A DNA stretch of 64,000 nucleotides. Source: Massalongia carnosa. Its lineage: Eukaryota. Position numbers and translations under genes: made by a program. Shown here piece after piece: positions 61,123 to 64,000 of the stretch (positions are counted from its first letter, which is position 1; every line of letters starts with the position of its first letter). The notes under the pieces are model-generated. The model was not told the origin of the DNA and did not search any database. It was given only the letters and a program-made list of their open reading frames with translations. The stretch lies in assembly GCA_965645245.1 (NCBI GenBank), contig OZ287087.1, positions 310,001-374,000 of the forward strand, in the 5' to 3' direction.

Positions 61123-62367
61123 TTAGCCCGAAGACGACGCGTTTTCCGAGACCTCAGCTAGAGAGGACTCGTTCAGCCGAGAGGTTCGCGGCTTGGTTTC
61201 TCCCTTTCGAGGGCAGACGGCCGCAAAATGTCCTGACCCCCCACAGTAGCGGCACAACCCTTCGTTCATCCGACGGGTGACTTCTGCTTGAGGTAACTTA
61301 CCTCTGTGTGTGGCGGAGAGGTCCATTGGCTCGGCGGCCGGAAGGGGAGACGGGGAGGCGGCGGAAGAAGAGACGGATCGGGGGAGGGCGACTCCTCCCG
61401 ACAGGGGGTTATGAGGGGGGGTCCCCACACCAGAAGAAGGTGGGGCGGACCGGGGGGGGTATGGCTTCCGGAGGGAAGCATTGACATTCCGTTGGCGGGT
61501 GTCTAGCCGTTGGAGGAGGGTCACCAGTTCGTCGAGGTCCTCGGGAGTGATTTGGGTAACCATGAGCTGCTTCAGCTCGTCACTGATGCCTTCCAGCAGA
61601 GCTGAGCGCATTGCCTCCTCGTCGAAATTGGTATCCGGGGCAATACGCTGGAAGTCCGAGAGGTAGACATGGAATTCCTTATTGGCCTGGCGCAGGGACC
61701 GCAGTTCCCGCTGTGCCGTGGCCTTTTTGTCCGGGTCCCCAAAGGCCCTCTCCAACATAGCCAATAACCCTGCCACATCGGGGATACTCACTTCGTTGTG
61801 AGACTTGACGTAGGGTTGCACTTGCGCCATGGCACGACCCTCTAAGCGGCTGATGGCGTACAGAAGGCCGGCTTTGGGATTCGTGAAACGGTCTTGATTC
61901 ACAAAGAGCTTCAGGTTAAGCTGGGTGACCCACTCGCGCAACTCGTCCTTCTTGCCCGAGAACTTCGGGATGTCCGGCAATTTCTCTGAGCGCGCCTCGC
62001 GCTGGGCGGTGGGTTGATGATGATGGTCACTGATCTGCTGACGGAGGCTGGCGATGGTGGCTCGAGAGGCGATGTTCTCGTTATTAGAGGTCTGCAACTG
62101 GCTACGGATATTATTATGCTCAGCTTCCAGAAAGTCATACTGATTTGATTTTTCCGTTAGAAAGCCCTGAAGGGTCGCTGATCGGTTGGCGGACTGAATG
62201 GCCTGATGATACCATTCATGAGGGAATTTTTGGACCGATTGACTCCAGGCCTCAATAGATGCAACATGAGGGGCGAGAGAATCCTCGTCATCGAAGCTTG
62301 GGGGGGAAAGGCCAGGACTTGATTCGGAACGGGGCGTGGCTATCTTGGACGAGGAACTGGAAGCCAT
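61123..62367 (-). CDS. gag: Gag
   Basis: KLPDIPKFSG, LRQ..F, PMDL, CRYCGGSGHFAAVC. Confidence 0.93.
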   Translation of the reverse strand: MASSSSSKIATPRSESSPGLSPPSFDDEDSLAPHVASIEAWSQSVQKFPHEWYHQAIQSANRSATLQGFLTEKSNQYDFLEAEHNNIRSQLQTSNNENIASRATIASLRQQISDHHHQPTAQREARSEKLPDIPKFSGKKDELREWVTQLNLKLFVNQDRFTNPKAGLLYAISRLEGRAMAQVQPYVKSHNEVSIPDVAGLLAMLERAFGDPDKKATAQRELRSLRQANKEFHVYLSDFQRIAPDTNFDEEAMRSALLEGISDELKQLMVTQITPEDLDELVTLLQRLDTRQRNVNASLRKPYPPRSAPPSSGVGTPPHNPLSGGVALPRSVSSSAASPSPLPAAEPMDLSATHRGKLPQAEVTRRMNEGLCRYCGGSGHFAAVCPRKGETKPRTSRLNESSLAEVSENASSSG

Positions 62368-63212
62368 ACTAAAGAGGTGAATGAGAAACGAGGAACGGAG
62401 CACCACCTGAACACGGGTGAGGTGTTCGTAATGTGACGAGGCGGCAACGGGGGGGCCTATTCAGGTGGTGAAGGTGGTGGCATTGCTAGCTATGACTATA
62501 CTAGATAGACAAGACGAACACAAGGAAGAAAGCATCAATTGCTGCAGAGATTTTCCATGTAACTCCCGGAACCCATTTCCTTACCTGAATGCGGTTAGCT
62601 CCCCACTAAGGCTAACGCGATACCTAAAACATTTAGCGTGTCGGGAGGTATCGCTTAGCAGAGCATCTCGCGCTCACACCATGACAATTTCGACCTTATA
62701 GAACAACGTCACAACTTTATTGTTTTCATGTTTGTAACGTCGTCGTCGCTTGATATGATCATGATCAATGTATTTTTGATTTTTTCGTTATAAATTTCAA
62801 TCTTTATTTATGTTTATAACGTGCAGAGCAATTTTACATACATCTTGTTATTTTCGTTAAGTCGATTCTTGATTTCTATGCGAAGTGCAATCAGATTGCC
62901 CCACATGAACTTTACAACGAACAGGAATTTCAGGAAACTTTCTATACAAATTCTACTTGAATTCTTTCGAAGAAATAGCCCGTGTCAAGCAAAAAAGCAA
63001 GACGTCAAAATGTCGAAAAATCGCAATAATACACGATTTATTACGAATATCTGACCGTAATATTTAGTTTTGCGCTCAGACGTGCTATCGCAGCCACGTT
63101 AGTCAGCTGGGACGCTAATCCGAAGGAGCTTAGCGAAATAGGCTAACCCGGAGGGGCTTAGACGGCTCCTAGAGCCCACGCACGTCTGAGGTACTGAGGC
63201 AAAGTATGACTG

Positions 63213-64000
63213 TGTTCAGCACCGCTGAGTCATCAGGCTTAGTAATAATCAGCCTTATACGGCGGCGCTGTAACACACGGTCATACATACCTTTATTATT
63301 ACATAGCCATATAGCCATAGTCATATACCTATTTCAATAGGTTATGAGCCCGGAAGGGTGCTATCGATTTAAACGAATCGAAGCTTTTAATCCGCCAGCA
63401 TCGCAGTGCAATCAGCTAAGCATCGTTCCTATTCAATGAATCGTAGACACATGACTAAAATCTTTCTGTGTCTTTAGAAACGATCCCTCAAATCACATCA
63501 ATCAGTTCTCTCTTCTGTACACAGCGATTTCTTGTCAGAAGCACAAAAACTGCGTGTTAGAAAGAGCATGAACACATTGATCGTACTACACCGAAGCCCT
63601 CGGACACCAAAGAGCTTGCTAAGCTCGATGGTCGAAGGCACTCAAGTCCTCGGACACCAAAGAGCTTGCTAAGCTCGATGGTCGAAGGCACTCAAGTCCT
63701 CGGACACCAAAGAGCTTGCTAAGCTCGATGGTCGAAGGCACTCAAGTCCTCGGACACCAAAAGAGCTTGCAATGCTCGATGGTCGAAGGCACTCAAGTCC
63801 TCGGACACCAAAGAGCTTGCTAAGCTCGATGGTCGAAGGCACTCAAGTCCTCGGACACCAGAAGAGCTTGCTATGCTCGATGGTCGAAGGCACTTAAGTC
63901 CTCGGACACCAAAGAGCTTGCTAAGCCCGATGGTCGAAGGCACTCAAGCCTCGGACACCAAAGAGCTTGCTAAGCTCGATGGTCGAAGGCACTCAAGCCT
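63213..64000 (+). mobile_element. Start of a second Copia-like element: LTR ~63213-63339, PBS and repeat-filled leader
   Basis: TGTT...TCAATA followed by GGTTATGAGCCC, the same PBS type as 42383; runs off the window. Confidence 0.6.
63600..64000. repeat. 50-bp tandem repeat, about 8 copies
   Basis: Unit TCGGACACCAAAGAGCTTGCTAAGCTCGATGGTCGAAGGCACTCAAGTCC with few variants. Confidence 0.97.

Larger units (their letters stand above)
56835..62686 (-). mobile_element. Full-length Ty3/Gypsy chromovirus; LTRs 56835-57089 and 62432-62686 (255 bp)
   Basis: LTRs identical by eye; TSD ATTTC; PPT GAAGGGGGAG; open gag and pol. Confidence 0.98.
56694..63203. mobile_element. ~650-bp long-TIR MITE (56694-56834 + 62692-63203) hosting the Gypsy insertion
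   Basis: Imperfect long TIRs (CCTCAGTACCTCAGACGTGC; 30/33 match of 56773-56805 vs 63047-63079); flanking GTATGAC repeat. Confidence 0.7.

Noticed and set aside
63600..64000. CRISPR-like array
   Set aside because: Head-to-tail repeats with no unique spacers, no cas genes, and a eukaryotic context
1..64000. Starship element carrying the gene islands
   Set aside because: No tyrosine-recombinase captain or boundary motif is visible; it cannot be excluded beyond the window

Overview
Eukaryotic DNA from a filamentous ascomycete, judged from short GT-AG introns with CTAAC/CTGAC branch sites, fungal transposon families and scattered RIP-like CpA>TpA changes. Most of the window is nested transposons: two apparently intact chromodomain Ty3/Gypsy elements (18566-26086 +, 56835-62686 -), two truncated Gypsy copies, one full-length Ty1/Copia (42192-47515) and the start of a second, an intact hAT (33823-37644), a Helitron broken by four insertions (~17.8-39.6 kb), a pogo/Fot1 remnant, a LINE 3' end, TRIMs, MITEs and many solo LTRs with readable target-site duplications (TSDs). 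Two host-gene islands lie among them. The first (5.3-16.3 kb) holds an atypical pepsin-fold protein, an NAD(P)-binding reductase, a BBE-like FAD oxidase and an FAD monooxygenase, resembling a secondary-metabolite tailoring cluster. The second (47.5-54.9 kb) is a head-to-head pair: a CorA-like two-TM protein lacking the GMN motif and a non-RD protein kinase fused to a vWA domain. This pair is my best candidate for an undescribed system, a possible sensor-kinase plus membrane-pore immunity/cell-death module; that function is inference. All calls were made by eye with no database searches, and exon boundaries are manual predictions.
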